A stretch of DNA of 63,992 nucleotides, counting the filler, from Circinaria calcarea (Eukaryota): the NCBI GenBank assembly GCA_051942165.1. It is 3 parts of 3 records of this genome, joined end to end, with 100 filler letters (N's around TTAATTAATTAA, not from the genome) between each part and the next. Parts side by side here need not be neighbours in the genome. Positions count along the whole stretch, not along the records: positions 46,203 to 63,992 come from JAVECS010000255.1; 2 more parts are not named here. One strand, 5' to 3'. Under the pieces are notes generated by a model. It was not told where the DNA came from, did no database searches, and saw only the letters and a program-made list of their open reading frames with translations. Below, piece by piece: positions 61,448 to 63,992 of this stretch. Position numbers and translations under genes: made by a program. The first letter of the stretch is position 1; every line of letters starts with the position of its first letter.

Positions 61448-62376
61448 TTACGGTTTTCTGCCAGTCGTGACATAAAACACTATTTCTTTTCCCACTTCTC
61501 CGCTCAGATCCTCTAAACTGGATTCCTGAAACTTTTTAATTACTTTCTCCTCGTACCCCATCCCCTCTAAGATTTTTGGAATCGCATAATAGTACAAAAG
61601 CCCATACTCTCTTGCCGCATGCTCCCCGATCTTCTTTGTCTCGGGGTGAGCATCAGCAGCCCAAGCGCCGAATGGCACCCAAAACTCCCTCACTGTTATA
61701 TCCACTAGGCCAATTTGCTCCATGTGCTTTGCGATATTGCTTCCGCAACTGAGATCAATACCTTTCCGGCCGGCGACCTCGTTCAGAGCGTTCAGCCAGC
61801 CCCATTCAGTACTGCATTCGCGGCCGTTGCGGTACACCTTGATGACGTAGTCCTGCATCTCAGCCCATCCGCCAGGGCGCAGCAGTGAGGCGACATCCGA
61901 GATATAGCCTGCCCAATCAGTCATGCCTAAAACGAGCAGCCGGTGGAATATATAGTCGATGGAGCCGGGACTGAAGCGAGCGTCGTGCTCGAGGAGTCGT
62001 CGAAAATCTCCCTGAATAAATGAAACATTCGATGGAATTGGAGCGCAGGCACGGACAGGTGAGAGATCGACACCATATACCTGCGCGGAAGGGAACCGAG
62101 CGCCAAGGTAGCATGTCACTGTACCTGTCCCGCACCCAATGTCGATGATATAGGATGGACTGGTGGCCCGGGCGTGTATCACATTGTTTTGCATCAATTC
62201 GACAAGGCTGGCTGCTTGGTCTTCGAGGCGCGCAAGCTCAACGGAACTGTGGGAACTATCAGTCAAATTGTCAATGGCATAGACTAGGTAGAGGGCCTAT
62301 ACTCGTTTGGAAGCTGGTACTGGCCATCAGCGACATGGTAGGTGTGTCTGGTGACTGAGGAATTCTGTTGGTTCAT
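61448..62376 (-). CDS. LaeA-like class I SAM-dependent methyltransferase; intron 62302-62247
   Basis: MNQQNSSVTRHTYHVADGQYQLPND|SVELARL (YxLPND..E..RL), IIDIGCGTG, GVDLSP, DYIFHR, LRPGGWAE, VPFGAW. Confidence 0.88.
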
Positions 62377-63115
62377 GTTGAATGTAAACAAGGCGTATTA
62401 AAAGTCCTAGTGGTAAAACAGAAGAATTATAAGCACCGTTGAACAAACTTTCTGAGCATCCTAATCCTTTACCCAGTATATCACAGCTTTGAAAGAAAGA
62501 TATTAATAGATATTAATCAAAATCAGGGAAATCTACCGGCTCAAAAGAAGTCCTTCTCAATTCGTCCTGATTGATCATAGTTGCGTTTGGACAAGTAGTA
62601 TATGTACGCAGGCGTAATACACTGCACAGATGGACGCGAGCATCGCTGAGTGCATACTACGCCCGCGGTATCGAGTAAACACAGCATATGAAAAGATGGG
62701 AAGCCGTCAAGAGCCAGGAACATCTTCTCTTACTTTCTACCACAATAACAGCATTGCAGCAAACCCACAATTCTAAGCTACATATTGGACGGAATATGGT
62801 AAATAAGCCATGAATAGCGTGACAACATATACGCCTCACAAAGTCAATCACATGGATCCCACCCGCTTAGTATGAAGTATCGTGTGGCGTGGCAATCTAC
62901 TTTGTCAACTCCGCGAAGGGCGTGCCTTAACAGCTCGACGATGCTCTGAACTCTAGGCAGCCAGATGTTGATACTTATCCCACAGCCCATCTCACACAGA
63001 GTCGTGGAGACAGGCCGGGCGGCTACCATGAATGAATTATCAAAGATCCCCTAACTCCTTGAGAAAAAAGGTACCACCATCCATTACCTTTTGAGATACA
63101 CGAGAACACTCTACA

Positions 63116-63992
63116 ATGGGTCAAAGCGTGTCTCTCACCGCGCTGTCTGCGGGCTCCGCGGGCATCGACGTGGAGAAATTATCAGACCTGTCGTATGAGA
63201 AGTCTCTGGGCACAGCACGCTTCATGAAGTGTATAAGAGCTCGGCATCGTTATGGCGTGGTCGTGGTAAAAATTGCAATGAAGCCGTATGCCGATTTCGA
63301 TCTCGATCCCTACATCAAAGCTATACGGCGTGAGTAGGTTCATCTCGGATCCCCAGGTTACGCATGGGAGCGCTCACAGATTATAGAGGAACGAGATCTA
63401 CTGGCCGATGTACCTAATGCCCTGGGTTATCAACGAATCCTGAAGACGGATACAAGTGCCTACCTTGTTCGGCAATACCTTCACAGCTCACTATACGATC
63501 GTTTCAGGTTCGTTGCCCTTCTTGGCGAGAGCGCAGTGCAAGGACTGACTTCTCAAGCACACGGCCCTTCCTCGAAGACATTGAAAAGAAGTGGATTGCA
63601 TTCCAGCTACTATGTGCAATACGGGACTGTCACGCCAAGAACGTCTATCACGGTGATATAAAAACCGAAAATATACTAGTGACATCGTGGAATTGGCTAT
63701 ACCTCACAGACTTCTCATCCTCGTTCAAGAAAACATACCTACCTGAAGACAACCCTGCAGACTTCTCCTATTTCTTCGACACATCTGGTAGGCGAACATG
63801 CTACATCGCCCCCGAGCGTTTTCTGGGTGCAGGAGAGCAGGAAGACTCTAGAGGTGTCACTTGGGCGATGGATGTCTTCAGTGTTGGATGTGTGATAGCT
63901 GAGCTCTTTCTCGAAACACCAATATTTTCCTTAAGCCAGCTCTTCAAGTACCGTAAGGGCGAGTACGACCCGGAGCTAGGACACTTGAGCAA
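63116..63992 (+). CDS. VPS15: Vps15 (PI3-kinase regulatory kinase), 5' part; runs off window
   Basis: MGQ myristoylation start, [77 protein letters not shown]. Confidence 0.96.

Noticed and set aside
47383..62400. Intact Starship carrying the P450/MFS block
   Set aside because: No DUF3435 tyrosine recombinase or second 5S half visible, and the orientation of the 5S fragment places the inserted DNA on its left side.
1..63992. CRISPR arrays, tRNA genes, prokaryotic operons
   Set aside because: No repeat-spacer array or cloverleaf with A/B boxes seen; the sequence is intron-containing fungal DNA.

Overview
Eukaryotic DNA from a filamentous ascomycete (Pezizomycotina-type). Genes carry short GT-AG introns with CTRAC/CTAAC branch sites, 5S rRNA is dispersed, and transposon relics show transition-biased, RIP-like decay. 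The window has two artificial 100-nt scaffold spacers (N44-TTAATTAATTAA-N44). The first ~40 kb is mostly conserved genes: allantoicase, ankyrin/DIL protein, M13 peptidase, SDR, cytosine-deaminase-like amidohydrolase, PDK1/Pkh kinase, DIM-2-type DNA methyltransferase, F-box protein, VAC14, ATM1 and AIM24. It also holds two small spliced genes the ORF track does not recover and a TE nest at 6.6-7.8 kb (a TTAA/TA MITE and a SWIM-bearing Mutator derivative). Between AIM24 and VPS15 (40.7-62.4 kb) is an accessory block of tailoring, detox and transport genes with no backbone synthase: two PTH11-like membrane proteins, an FMO, two P450s, a DHA2 MFS transporter and a LaeA-like methyltransferase. This block is interrupted by a 5S rRNA locus surrounded by insertions: a solo LTR with a perfect TSD, a second 5S copy broken after nt ~27, a minisatellite, and an 87-bp duplicate of sequence from 4.05-4.29 kb. 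Exon boundaries were inferred by eye and family calls come from motif recognition, not database searches.
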